From a virus (lineage: Duplodnaviria > Caudoviricetes): a stretch of DNA of 64,000 nucleotides. Positions 28,839 to 38,602 of this stretch are shown here, one piece after another; position 1 is the stretch's first letter; each line of letters begins with the position of its first letter. A program made the position numbers and the translations under genes. The stretch lies in the IMG/VR virus record IMGVR_UViG_3300027917_004314. One strand, written 5' to 3'. The notes beneath the pieces were generated by a model. The model was not told the DNA's origin and searched no databases. It saw only the letters and a program-made list of their open reading frames with translations.

Positions 28839-29288
28839 ATGACCAATAAGTCTGGTTTAGAATTAATAGAAGAGTTGGTGGAAAAGGTTTCGTTGCTCAA
28901 TAAACGGCTTGAAATCATCGAACAAAATACCAAGGAAATATTAAATAGGGCCAATGGGTTCCAAAACAAAACGGTAGTAGCGCAATTAAAACCGTCAACC
29001 AACACTGGCAAAAAACCAATCAGTGTTGTGGGTTCTAAAGTAATTGGAAAGATTAAAAATGAAGAGGGTAAGGCTATAAGCGGTGTACATATAACAATCA
29101 CGAATGAACATGGCCACGTAGTAAAAGAAACTAAAACAAATAGAGCCGGCGACTGGATGAGTTTTTTGCCACCTGGTAAATATGAAGCAAATTATTTTCT
29201 AGAAAACATGATAGACGCCAAAGTGGGTTTTATCGTTACGCAAGAGCAGAGGCTTATTAGGGTAGCCCAACCCAAAAAGGGAGGATAA
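28839..29288 (+). CDS. Coiled-coil plus transthyretin-like (carboxypeptidase-regulatory-like) domain protein
   Basis: GKIKNEEGKAISGVHITI...TKTNRAGDW...LPPGKYEA. Confidence 0.6.
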   Translation: MTNKSGLELIEELVEKVSLLNKRLEIIEQNTKEILNRANGFQNKTVVAQLKPSTNTGKKPISVVGSKVIGKIKNEEGKAISGVHITITNEHGHVVKETKTNRAGDWMSFLPPGKYEANYFLENMIDAKVGFIVTQEQRLIRVAQPKKGG

Positions 29289-29294
29289 CGCTTA

Positions 29295-30050
29295 ATGGTA
29301 ACGGATCACCGCGTTTACAGTGATTTATTCGACCTTGCAAATTTTGTCCGCCAGGTAGCGGTTTCGCAGGGAAAAAATTTACTTATTGACACTTTAAGGG
29401 AACACTTTAAAGCGGATAGATTCTACAGGTATACTACAGATGCGTTTGGTTTCCCGTTAACGCCAGACATGACAGATCTTCCTGCAGACATTCAAGAAGA
29501 CCGTACTACTAGGATATTTATTGGCGACGTATTCAGATACGATAAACGTTACTGGCCCGCTATAGTGGTTAGGTACGGATCTGGAAAATATAAGCCCGTG
29601 AGTTTCAACCAGAATCAAACTGTTAGATACAGAATGGATTTGGTCTTAGATGGATACGGTGGGCGTTCCTATGTTAATGTTCCAACACACCATGTAGTAG
29701 CTGGCGCATGGGAGCAAACATTTGAGATTTTAATAGCTTCTGAAGCCATACCGGATAGAGAAGAGCTTACTGATATCGTGTCTTCGTTCTTGATAGGTAA
29801 AGCGAGACAAGAGCTTTACGAAGCCGGTTTGTTTGTTAGAGGCGTCTCCATGAGTGGGGAACGTGAAGAAGAGTGGGGCAATGACAAAGTGTATTTGCAA
29901 AGTATCACCGTTGAAGCTTACTCTGAGTGGAGGCGAGAAATACCGATAGATAATCTGGTCGAAACTATAAATTTCTGTTTTAACTACGGTTTGTTTGGAT
30001 CAGGAGAATATTCGATAGATACTATTACAGTAGACGTTTCAGACACCTAG
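29295..30050 (+). CDS. Tail terminator / tail completion protein
   Basis: 251 aa, last plus-strand gene before the sheath; PAIVVR...FEILIAS...DIVSSFL pattern. Confidence 0.55.
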   Translation: MVTDHRVYSDLFDLANFVRQVAVSQGKNLLIDTLREHFKADRFYRYTTDAFGFPLTPDMTDLPADIQEDRTTRIFIGDVFRYDKRYWPAIVVRYGSGKYKPVSFNQNQTVRYRMDLVLDGYGGRSYVNVPTHHVVAGAWEQTFEILIASEAIPDREELTDIVSSFLIGKARQELYEAGLFVRGVSMSGEREEEWGNDKVYLQSITVEAYSEWRREIPIDNLVETINFCFNYGLFGSGEYSIDTITVDVSDT

Positions 30051-30544
30051 TTTCCTTTTTCCCATTTTCGAATGGCGCTACAATTTTTACATAACAACAC
30101 ATAGTGCTTTACTTTTTCTCTCAGTTTATGTAACGACATATTTCTTGCTTTGCTTAGCCTAAAAATGTCATTTTCTGAATAAAATTCATATACTGGTAGT
30201 GGATAAGGTATTTTACAATCGTTACATACCCCGCCCCTTTCCTGAATCATCCTTTCTAACTTCTCTTCATATTTAAGATTTTTTACCTCTTCTTGACATA
30301 TTATACAATAACTAAAAGGTTTCCCACTAGTCTTTCTAATATAAAATTGCTCCTTGTCTTTGATTTTTTGGCACCTTGCACAGTATGCTTCATTGCTGTT
30401 TAACTTAATAATATAGGACCTGGTATTCCGACTGCCAAGCGGCGAGCACTCTAGGCAAAACTTTCTGCCGGACAGGTTTATGATTTTATTATCTATTTTA
30501 ACACTGCTGGGGAAATTTTTGTTACAATTTTTACAAGTAAGCAT
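30047..30544 (-). CDS. Multi-zinc-finger protein with a degenerate HNH-like domain
   Basis: Six CxxC motifs. GGVCNDC...VYEFYS...VLLCKNCSA lacks the HNH catalytic histidines. Only credible minus-strand gene; GAGGTG RBS on the minus strand. Confidence 0.7.
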   Translation of the reverse strand: MLTCKNCNKNFPSSVKIDNKIINLSGRKFCLECSPLGSRNTRSYIIKLNSNEAYCARCQKIKDKEQFYIRKTSGKPFSYCIICQEEVKNLKYEEKLERMIQERGGVCNDCKIPYPLPVYEFYSENDIFRLSKARNMSLHKLREKVKHYVLLCKNCSAIRKWEKGN

Positions 30545-30571
30545 ATCAACACCTCATTGAATATTATGTTT

Positions 30572-30580
30572 TATTGATAG
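30572..30580 (-). promoter_or_regulatory. Candidate late promoter CTATCAATA (minus strand)
   Basis: TATTGATAG on the plus strand, 27 nt upstream of the minus-strand start at 30544. Confidence 0.55.
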
Positions 30581-30624
30581 AACTCAAGTATGCTATTATA
30601 AGGAAAAGGCTAATAATTTCAAAT

Positions 30625-30633
30625 CTATCAATA
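30625..30633 (+). promoter_or_regulatory. Candidate late promoter CTATCAATA
   Basis: Exact copy 50 nt upstream of the sheath gene. Confidence 0.6.
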
Positions 30634-30683
30634 AAAAATCATTGATCTGAAAGAATATACATATATTCTGGAGGATACTATAA

Positions 30684-33227
30684 ATGCCAAATATACCAGG
30701 TATTTCGGGATACATACAGCCAACTGTCGTTTCTCGTGTTCGTACTTTGCAAAGAGCTTTGTCCATTCCTGGTGGACTTCGTGTACTTAGCATCGTTGGA
30801 GAGGGCAGGCAAGAAGAGCTAATTATAGATGCTGCCGTAGGGGATGGAACTGATGGCTTTGACCCAACTTTCACCACCACTCCTACTGAAGGATATGGAA
30901 GGTTTTTTAAAACTTCAAATACTAACTTAGTAGAGAATCGCACTACGTTGTTGCTTAATGGCTCAGAATTGCGCGTGCTGGAAGCAGAAAATGACGGGAC
31001 TTCTTTTTCATCGCAATATGACGCCAGATTGGACCCAGCTACCGGAGAGATCGAGCTTCAAAGCGCCTCTATTGTAGACCAAGGAGGGTTGCTTTACGCG
31101 GTGGGATCTGGTAACACTGGGGACGGATATCTATCTACGCCAGTACTAACTGATACCAATGCACCACCAGAAATATGGACCATACGGTGTGTTAGTGTGC
31201 TAAGAGATAGCTATGGTGCAGCAATCAGAGGGCAGGCAACTTTTACAGCGAAAGGTAGTGTGAGTGGCTCTCTTGCAGATGAATATGGCCAAACATATAC
31301 CTGGAGAAGTGATGGCACCACAACTGATAACGGTATATTGTCATTTGCTATTTTTAACTTGTCTCCAAATACTCCATTTGAAGTCGGCGACAGGTTTACG
31401 ATAGAAGTAGACAGCAAGGTTCTGCAATCAAGGGATAGCCTTGAGGCAAGGTATATTGCAACAGCAGATCTAAATGATCCGACGACATATACCGAACCAA
31501 GTCAGCTATTTACAAAATATGGCACTCCTAGTACAGAAAACACTCTGTCGTTGGGTGCGCAAATGGCTTTTGAGAACGGGGCTACATCGATCTTGGCAAT
31601 GCAAGCCAAGCCCCCAATGCCAAGAAGGACATCTGAAATTGTTCTGCCAGCTTATAACAGCGTAACCGGCCGGGGTGGCGCAACAGGTAACTCTGACCCA
31701 GATGACCTTATTTTCCCAATAGAAACTCCGGGCAAACCAGATACGGATACTGTTGTACATTTCTTTATTCTGGGTACAGATGGCACAGAAACGCAGATTT
31801 TCCCAAACAAAGTAAACTTTTATAATCCAGATATCACTGACGCCTTCTCTCAATATGAGGAAACTGGTGTGAGTACAAATCTGATGGCTGAATTTATGGA
31901 TCCTTCACAAAGTGGCACTCCATTCAGCTACACAGTGGTAACGGATGACAGGATTGAACAAAGTGCCAGCGATGGATATGTCGCCCCTATTGGTGTGGGA
32001 AGCACTGCTACTTTCTATAGCCCATCCGCACAATTTACATCTGAAGATGTTGGTCAAGGCAAAGAGCTTGATTTCCATAATACTGCTACTGATAATGAAG
32101 GTAGATGGACAATCAGCGCCATTACAGACGAAAACACAGTGACAATTACCAGAGCATCCGGATTTTTCGTATCGGAAACTAATCTGAAATGGCAGTTGCT
32201 GTTGCCTGGTAGTGATTCACAAAGGGTACTATTTACAACCGACCTAGCGTTGGCAGCGACACAGGGACTTAGAGTCTCGTACATTGATGAACGAGACGCC
32301 GATTTCTTTGATGCTAACTGGGCAGCAGCCCTTGAGGTCCTAGAAACACAGGATATACAAATTCTTGTGCCGCTGCCAACGCAGACTTTTTCTGCAATCC
32401 AGCAATCGTTTAGAGTTCATGTTGAAACAATGTCTACGACATATTATAAACGTGAACGAGTATTGCTCACGGGTGCATTAGAAGGTCTAACAGTTCAACA
32501 GGTATTGGGTAACGAGCTAGCAGCACCAGAAGATATAGGTATACTAGAAGGTATCCAGGGAGATGATGCTGAAGAAGTCCTAGATGGAAACATCGAAGAC
32601 CTTGCAGATTATGGTGTGGCGACTAATTTTGGCTCCACTTACAGGGTTGTATATTTCTATCCCGATGAGATTATCAGAGTCATCAATGGTACGCGCACAA
32701 CAATTCCTGGTTATTACATGGCAGCAGCTGCTGGGGGTTGGTTAAATGGCGAGCCCAACATTGCAATGCCGTTAACTTTTAAGACTCTAGTAGGATTTAC
32801 CATTCTTAACGATAATATATTTAAGCAAACAGAACTAGACCTTATGGGAGATGGCGGTATCACGGTTGTACAGCCAGTTACGGGTGGTGGAAGAGTATTG
32901 CATGGCAAAACAACCACTCAGAGTGGAAACGCAGAAGAAGAGGAGATTTCTATTGTCTTCATTAGAGACCACATTGCAAGAACAATGCGTCGCAGTTTTC
33001 AGGCATTTATTGGCCAACCAGAAGATCCTACGCTTATACCTTCCATGACGGCAAGAGCAATTGCATTGTTGAATGCATTTGTCTCACAGAATCTGATTAC
33101 TGCTTACAGAAATCTGTCCGTATCTAGAGATGACGTAGAGCCAAGACAATACAATATAGTTCTAGAAGTACAGCCTAACTACCCAGTGAATTGGATCTTC
33201 ATTGACATCTCGGTTGGACTCTTTTAA
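30684..33227 (+). CDS. Contractile tail sheath protein with insertion domains
   Basis: PGISGYIQP N-terminus; C-terminal GYYMAAAAGG...PLTFKTLVGF...GITVVQ...EISIVFIRDHI...PNYPVNWIFIDI typical of sheath proteins. Confidence 0.9.
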   Translation: MPNIPGISGYIQPTVVSRVRTLQRALSIPGGLRVLSIVGEGRQEELIIDAAVGDGTDGFDPTFTTTPTEGYGRFFKTSNTNLVENRTTLLLNGSELRVLEAENDGTSFSSQYDARLDPATGEIELQSASIVDQGGLLYAVGSGNTGDGYLSTPVLTDTNAPPEIWTIRCVSVLRDSYGAAIRGQATFTAKGSVSGSLADEYGQTYTWRSDGTTTDNGILSFAIFNLSPNTPFEVGDRFTIEVDSKVLQSRDSLEARYIATADLNDPTTYTEPSQLFTKYGTPSTENTLSLGAQMAFENGATSILAMQAKPPMPRRTSEIVLPAYNSVTGRGGATGNSDPDDLIFPIETPGKPDTDTVVHFFILGTDGTETQIFPNKVNFYNPDITDAFSQYEETGVSTNLMAEFMDPSQSGTPFSYTVVTDDRIEQSASDGYVAPIGVGSTATFYSPSAQFTSEDVGQGKELDFHNTATDNEGRWTISAITDENTVTITRASGFFVSETNLKWQLLLPGSDSQRVLFTTDLALAATQGLRVSYIDERDADFFDANWAAALEVLETQDIQILVPLPTQTFSAIQQSFRVHVETMSTTYYKRERVLLTGALEGLTVQQVLGNELAAPEDIGILEGIQGDDAEEVLDGNIEDLADYGVATNFGSTYRVVYFYPDEIIRVINGTRTTIPGYYMAAAAGGWLNGEPNIAMPLTFKTLVGFTILNDNIFKQTELDLMGDGGITVVQPVTGGGRVLHGKTTTQSGNAEEEEISIVFIRDHIARTMRRSFQAFIGQPEDPTLIPSMTARAIALLNAFVSQNLITAYRNLSVSRDDVEPRQYNIVLEVQPNYPVNWIFIDISVGLF

Positions 33228-33249
33228 TCGGGATGATTTATAAACACAA

Positions 33250-33858
33250 ATGACTTATCCAGCCAGCGGAAGTATTCTAAATTCCAAGATCAGCAGTGGA
33301 CTCTCAACACAAATCACAATTAAGGTGGGGAGAGTCACTGTTGGTGCAATCCAACAGCTGGTGGTAAATCAGAATCGCGACATGAATTGTTGGGAAGAGA
33401 TCGGCACGGATGGAGTCGTGGAGATGCATCCAAAAGGTGCAGCACGTATAGAATTGCAAGTGACTAGAATAGTATTCGACGATCTTAGACTCCCAGAAGC
33501 ATTTGCAAGAGGATTTATAAATTTGCAGGCGCAGAGGATTCCGTTTGACATCCAACTGATTGATAGATCAAGCTCAAGCGTAAGCTCTAATGCAATTGTA
33601 CATATTTTTAATAATTGCTGGATTAGTACATATAGCCCTACGTTTAGGGCTGACAATTTTTTGATTTCAGAAAATGCCACCATATTAAGTGAGTATATCA
33701 CCTCAAATCGCGATGCCGAAAGCGCTGTGTATGGCGGCATAAGAGGAATTCCTTATGAGCGCGATAGCATAGAAAGATCTACCGATGTTAATGGACAGAG
33801 AGGAAGATTGGAGCCGACTGGTTTAGGCTCCGCAATAGGTGGAAACCTAAGAGATTAA
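33250..33858 (+). CDS. Tail tube protein (paralog 1)
   Basis: Follows the sheath; TVGAIQQL...EIGTDG...PFDIQLID...FNNCWISTYS. Confidence 0.8.
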   Translation: MTYPASGSILNSKISSGLSTQITIKVGRVTVGAIQQLVVNQNRDMNCWEEIGTDGVVEMHPKGAARIELQVTRIVFDDLRLPEAFARGFINLQAQRIPFDIQLIDRSSSSVSSNAIVHIFNNCWISTYSPTFRADNFLISENATILSEYITSNRDAESAVYGGIRGIPYERDSIERSTDVNGQRGRLEPTGLGSAIGGNLRD

Positions 33859-33888
33859 TAGCCACATACTATTGGAGGTTTTAAAACG

Positions 33889-34521
33889 ATGGCATATCCT
33901 TTGACTGGCAGCACTTTAAATAGTACCATAAGTACTGGTCTATCTACCCAAATTTTAATTAAGGTAGAGAACGTGACCGTTGGTGCCATCCAGAATATTA
34001 CTGTTAATCATACTAGAGATCTGGAAAGGGTCCGAGAAGTTGGTCTTGATGGCGTACTAGAAATTGTGCCAAGGGCTCCAACACAATACGAAGCAACCGT
34101 GACTCGTATCGTATTTGACAGATTGCGCTTGCCGGAAGCCTTTGCTAGAGCATTTATTAATATTAAATCGCAGCTTCTGGCATTCGACATTGAGATTATT
34201 GACCGCACCAACGGGGATGGAGAGGGAGCAATAGTACACAGACTGTCAAACTGTTGGTTTAACAGATATAGTCCGCGATACCAAGCTGATAATTTCATCA
34301 TCCAGGAAGATGCAACTTTGTGGATTGAAGATATCAGCACAACTCTAGGAACTTCGCAGGCTAGCGCCGTAACAGGTGGTGCACGTGGTGTTCCATATGT
34401 CAAGGATAATCTTGGCAGAGAACAACAGACTGATTCTGGGGCTGGCGGAGATGCCGCTGGCGGCGGATTCAGAGGCACTATGGATGTTTCTGGTATTATT
34501 ACGGCTGCAGCTGAGGAATAA
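33889..34521 (+). CDS. Tail tube protein (paralog 2)
   Basis: Alignable with paralog 1 along most of its length; GGAGG RBS; followed by a terminator. Confidence 0.8.
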   Translation: MAYPLTGSTLNSTISTGLSTQILIKVENVTVGAIQNITVNHTRDLERVREVGLDGVLEIVPRAPTQYEATVTRIVFDRLRLPEAFARAFINIKSQLLAFDIEIIDRTNGDGEGAIVHRLSNCWFNRYSPRYQADNFIIQEDATLWIEDISTTLGTSQASAVTGGARGVPYVKDNLGREQQTDSGAGGDAAGGGFRGTMDVSGIITAAAEE

Positions 34522-34537
34522 TAATCATAAATTTATT

Positions 34538-34563
34538 GACGGGGACAAATGTCCCCGTCTTTT
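34538..34563 (+). terminator. Intrinsic terminator after the tube genes
   Basis: GACGGGGAC-AAAT-GTCCCCGTC followed by TTTT. Confidence 0.75.
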
Positions 34564-34662
34564 CCCCCCCTTCTATTTCTGCAGAATGGAAAACAATACT
34601 AACTTCTTACAATCCATAATAATTTAACCACGCCCTTATGGGGTATTAGTAGAGGTGTATAA

Positions 34663-35130
34663 ATGGTAGAAATGAAACATAAAGTGTTGGGGACTGTGGG
34701 CGCCCCAAAAGAACAAGAAAAAAAGCCTGAGCTTCCGGCCATGACTGATATCGATCTCAAGTCTCTAATTGAACTTGGTTGTGTTAGAGACTCAGTTCAG
34801 ATAGGCAACTTATCATTTACTATGAGATCTTTAAATGCGGCGGAAAAATTATTGCTGGCAGATTTAACTGCGCCAGATAAAACTGATGCAGAGTTATTTG
34901 CGTTTAATGCCAAAATGCTAGCCATATCAATTGAATCAGTAAATGGTAAGCCGTTTGAATCGCTGCACCCGAGCTACGCACCAAAAATGTCAGAATCGGA
35001 AAAAACAGACATAAAGGTTGATCTTATTAGTGCAATGCAAACTCCGGCTATTGCCATGTTGCTCGAGTTTTATCAAACTATAAGTGATAGGTGTGAGGCT
35101 CAATTTACTGTCGAACAAGTAAAAAACTAG
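34663..35130 (+). CDS. Tail assembly chaperone (gpG-like)
   Basis: 155 aa between the tube and tape measure genes; GAGGTG RBS. Confidence 0.75.
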   Translation: MVEMKHKVLGTVGAPKEQEKKPELPAMTDIDLKSLIELGCVRDSVQIGNLSFTMRSLNAAEKLLLADLTAPDKTDAELFAFNAKMLAISIESVNGKPFESLHPSYAPKMSESEKTDIKVDLISAMQTPAIAMLLEFYQTISDRCEAQFTVEQVKN

Positions 35131-35546
35131 CAGAGGAGCCTGGGCATCGGCTCCGCTGGAAATTGTGCAAATTATTTAAGCTACCTGTAGATCACGAGAA
35201 ATTAAACACTATAAATGATGCTCAACTGGCTTGGTACCAGTTACAAGGAATGTTGGACGATAAAGATAATTTTGAGTTGTTAAGAGATGTGGCCGAACAT
35301 AATGCTATGTTCTTGAACCCTGATGGAGTAAAACAAATTAGGGAGGCACGAGACAACTCATATGAAGTTTCAGAAGAGGATTTTGATACACTGTTAACGG
35401 AAGCTTTTGGCCGCCCATTGCCAAAAGTAAGTGAAGACGATAAGAAGAGCCTCGCGGATTTAATGTGTGAAGCTCAAGGAATTGCAGATGTTAAGCCATA
35501 CTTGGACATAGAGCTAGATGAAGTAACTTTTACCCCGTTTGAATGA
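34663..35546 (+). CDS. Tail assembly chaperone fusion (gpGT-like, about 294 aa via -1 frameshift)
   Basis: The -1 frame is open from the slippery site (KKLAEEPGHRLRWKLCKLF...) into track ORF 35163..35546. Confidence 0.75.
35121..35158 (+). promoter_or_regulatory. Programmed -1 ribosomal frameshift signal
   Basis: In-frame heptamer A-AAA-AAC (35121-35127) directly before TAG, followed by the stem CAG-A-GGAGCC...GGCTCC-G-CTG. Confidence 0.8.
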
Positions 35547-35561
35547 GAGGTGTCATGACAT

Positions 35562-37799
35562 ATGGCCGATGAAACCCTCCTTGCTGATCCAAATATAATT
35601 GATCGCATAAATAAAACCAAAGAAGCAATTGCTGAACTTGCAGAAAAAGAGAAAAATCTGATTACCGAATTTGGTAGATTAGATGATAGGACGCGTGCGG
35701 TAACAAATCGTCTTATGGATATGCAAAAAGCCCTTCAAGATTTAATTGCTTCTTTGCCACCTTCTCAAAGGGGAATAATTAGTTTACAAAACGAAATACA
35801 GAAGTTATCCGCTGGATTTGATGATAGCACCAAATCAGTATTTGGTTTTGTTGAATCAATAGGTGGTGCAATACTAAACAATGCTAAGGAGCTTGGTAAA
35901 GTATTTGCACTTTCTGGTAAGGAAGTGCGCGGTTTTGTAGATCCCCTGGGTGAAGCAAGATTGCTCTCTAGTGAAAACACAACAGTGCTTGGCGGCCTGC
36001 AACAAGCAATGAGCAGGTTATTAGCCGCACAGCGCAGTTCAAGAGTTGCTTTTACACGATTGGGTTTAAGCATTAGAGACGCAAATCGATTTAGTGAACA
36101 GTATCCGCAATCGTTAAGGGCCATGTCAGCAGGGTTTTCTTTGTCTACGAAGAGCCTTGATGAAATGGTGAAGAAGATGAGCGGTGTGCCACCAATTTTA
36201 ACCAGCAACGAAGCAGGTTTGCGTGGGGTAAATAACCTGCAATCAGTAATGGTAAGATCTACTGCTGAACTAGCCACTACTATGGCTGCTTTTGGTAAAT
36301 CTGCCCAAGATGCAGCCGATTTTGGTGTTAGGGCATGGTTTGATTTTAACCAAACAACTAAAGAAACAACCAGATTGATGGAACTTGTGAATCAAACTGC
36401 CGTGCAAAACAATGTGGACCTTGGAAAAGCATCAGAACAAATAGCTAGGGCCAGTCAAAGTATGGGCATATTTGGTGGTAAAATTACTGCCTCTGCCAGA
36501 ATCTGGCACACTTTTATGGGTTCTCTAAGAGAATCAGGGGTTCCAATTAATGCCATTGGCAGTATGGTTGCCGATTTAACAGACAAAATGGCTTCTATGA
36601 CCACTCAAAACAGGGCTTTTATCGGTTTAATGAGCGGAATGGCTCGCGGTAGAACTGCTCTTGGCGGTGCTCTACAAATGGAAGTAAATATGAGAACGCC
36701 AGGTGGTCTTGAAAAGAATTTAGAGGCCATGACTAGTACGTTATCTAGATTTGGCGGCGGCCGCGTAATTACTTTAGAACAAGCAGCTAGAAGCCCTCAG
36801 CTTGAGATGCAGTTTGTTTTGCAGAGACAAATGCTTGGCAAACTGACTGGTATCACTACCGCTGAACAACAAAATAGAATCTTAGAAACGTTGGAAAAAG
36901 TACAGCGGGGTGGAATTTCACGTATACAAGGATCTAGAGAAATTCAATCTGCCATGGAGAAAGGTAAAAACATACAGGAAAGAACACTTACTGCGATGGA
37001 AAGGATTGATTTGACCGTTAGGGGGATAATAGGCGGCAAACTAGATAAGCTTATCAGTGCTGTTAATGAAACTTTTACGGGTGAAGGTGTTGGTGAAAGA
37101 GGCAGAATACAAGAGCGCGGTGGCTTACAAACATTACAAAGAGCAATGACGATGGAACCTGGTCCTGCTAGACAAAACCTGCTGCGTGCTGGATTACAAG
37201 GTATATTTTCACAACTAAGAAACATAGGGCCGAATGTGCGTAGGGCCGATGTACCAGCACCAGGTGAGGCCACAGTGTCAGAAATTTTTAGAGATGTGCG
37301 CAGAGCCGCCGAAGCTGGGCGTTATGGTGGCGCTCCGCCAGAAATGCCGGTACCAAGAGAAGTTACTAGGCCACCAACATCTCCATTTTTGGCGGCTACG
37401 CCAGGAAGAAGGGGAACTGCAGCACTGCCTAGATTTAGAGCAATAATTCCTCCCGCTGGGCCAGAACAAAGGGTAGCACAACAAGGAAGTGTGGCCAGAA
37501 TACTGTCAGAAGCTTTGAGTCCACTAAGAAGAACGGCTGGGCCCGACATAGGGAGAATGATAGAAGCTATTGGTCCGACAAGACCTGTTGCTGCTCCACC
37601 AGAAAAAAGAACTCCAGAAGTGACACCTGCTGCAGTTACAAGAGGCGCTGGCGGAGAGTATAACATTAACGTACGGGTTAGCAGTGATGTTCCTTTAGGT
37701 CAAGCCGGTATGGACAACTTTATTGAAAAACTAGCAGATGTTATAAAAAAAGACATGGAAAGTTTTTCAATATCTTCTATACTAGGACATAGTGATTAA
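35562..37799 (+). CDS. Tape measure protein
   Basis: 745 aa, helical Ala/Gln/Met-rich, directly after the chaperones; Pro/Arg-rich C-terminal tail. Confidence 0.8.
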   Translation: MADETLLADPNIIDRINKTKEAIAELAEKEKNLITEFGRLDDRTRAVTNRLMDMQKALQDLIASLPPSQRGIISLQNEIQKLSAGFDDSTKSVFGFVESIGGAILNNAKELGKVFALSGKEVRGFVDPLGEARLLSSENTTVLGGLQQAMSRLLAAQRSSRVAFTRLGLSIRDANRFSEQYPQSLRAMSAGFSLSTKSLDEMVKKMSGVPPILTSNEAGLRGVNNLQSVMVRSTAELATTMAAFGKSAQDAADFGVRAWFDFNQTTKETTRLMELVNQTAVQNNVDLGKASEQIARASQSMGIFGGKITASARIWHTFMGSLRESGVPINAIGSMVADLTDKMASMTTQNRAFIGLMSGMARGRTALGGALQMEVNMRTPGGLEKNLEAMTSTLSRFGGGRVITLEQAARSPQLEMQFVLQRQMLGKLTGITTAEQQNRILETLEKVQRGGISRIQGSREIQSAMEKGKNIQERTLTAMERIDLTVRGIIGGKLDKLISAVNETFTGEGVGERGRIQERGGLQTLQRAMTMEPGPARQNLLRAGLQGIFSQLRNIGPNVRRADVPAPGEATVSEIFRDVRRAAEAGRYGGAPPEMPVPREVTRPPTSPFLAATPGRRGTAALPRFRAIIPPAGPEQRVAQQGSVARILSEALSPLRRTAGPDIGRMIEAIGPTRPVAAPPEKRTPEVTPAAVTRGAGGEYNINVRVSSDVPLGQAGMDNFIEKLADVIKKDMESFSISSILGHSD

Positions 37800-37819
37800 A
37801 TATTGGAGTGTACACAAAT

Positions 37820-38602
37820 ATGGCGAGTGAACATATCACTAGAGAAGGTAATCTGCAATCTCCAGATATAATTGCCGAAAACCCGCAGCAGCCTAAGGGT
37901 GCGCGTATTCGCCAACTTATCCGATGGCGTGTTCCGGGATTAGGATTTGTAGATATGTATATTAACCCACAAAATATGGACATTACGGAAAAGAAAGTGA
38001 TACAGAAGCAGCGTACGAAAGGTGGATATATTGTTCAGTACTGGGGAGAAGAACTGATGACAATCCGTATGTCTGGATCAACAGGAGCGTCTGGGATTGA
38101 AGGTATAAATGTTTTACGTAAAGTATATAGAGCTGAACAAGATTCTTTCTTACAAGTGGCGCAGAGCTTAGCAGACAGAGTGAACTCATACACTGCTGGT
38201 GGCAACATCGCAAATATTATTGCCCAGGGGGCTGGCCAATCAGCCAAAGATTTGTCTGGCAGTATCAGCGGCGGTCTAATCACCGGTCTATTAGGCGGTG
38301 GCTCTAGTCCATCGTTGTTGCCAACTTTGGGTTCACTAGCGGTATCTGTAGAGTTATTCTATCAGGGATGGGTGTTCAAAGGATTTTTTGAAGAGTTTAC
38401 TGTTAGTGAAAATGTAGCCAATGGGCCGGGCGTGTTTAATTATAACCTAAGTTTTACTGTCCTAGACAGAAGAGGAGTTAGAAGTAACTTTATGCCTTGG
38501 CATCGTGACCCGACAGAAAAGGACCAATCAGGTAATCCAGTTGGATATAGGAAATCTGATGCAAAATCTACTCCAATGAGTTTTGGTGATATTGAGGAAT
38601 AA
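37820..38602 (+). CDS. Tail tube initiator / baseplate hub-associated protein
   Basis: MYINPQNMDITEKK...TKGGYIVQYWGEEL.TIRMSGSTG...FNYNLSFTV. ATG 37820 preferred over GTG 37808 on RBS spacing. Confidence 0.65.
   Translation: MASEHITREGNLQSPDIIAENPQQPKGARIRQLIRWRVPGLGFVDMYINPQNMDITEKKVIQKQRTKGGYIVQYWGEELMTIRMSGSTGASGIEGINVLRKVYRAEQDSFLQVAQSLADRVNSYTAGGNIANIIAQGAGQSAKDLSGSISGGLITGLLGGGSSPSLLPTLGSLAVSVELFYQGWVFKGFFEEFTVSENVANGPGVFNYNLSFTVLDRRGVRSNFMPWHRDPTEKDQSGNPVGYRKSDAKSTPMSFGDIEE

Noticed and set aside
35163-35546. Independent gene starting at TTG 35163
   Set aside because: No RBS is evident, and the frame is open back to the slippery heptamer, so a frameshift product explains it better.
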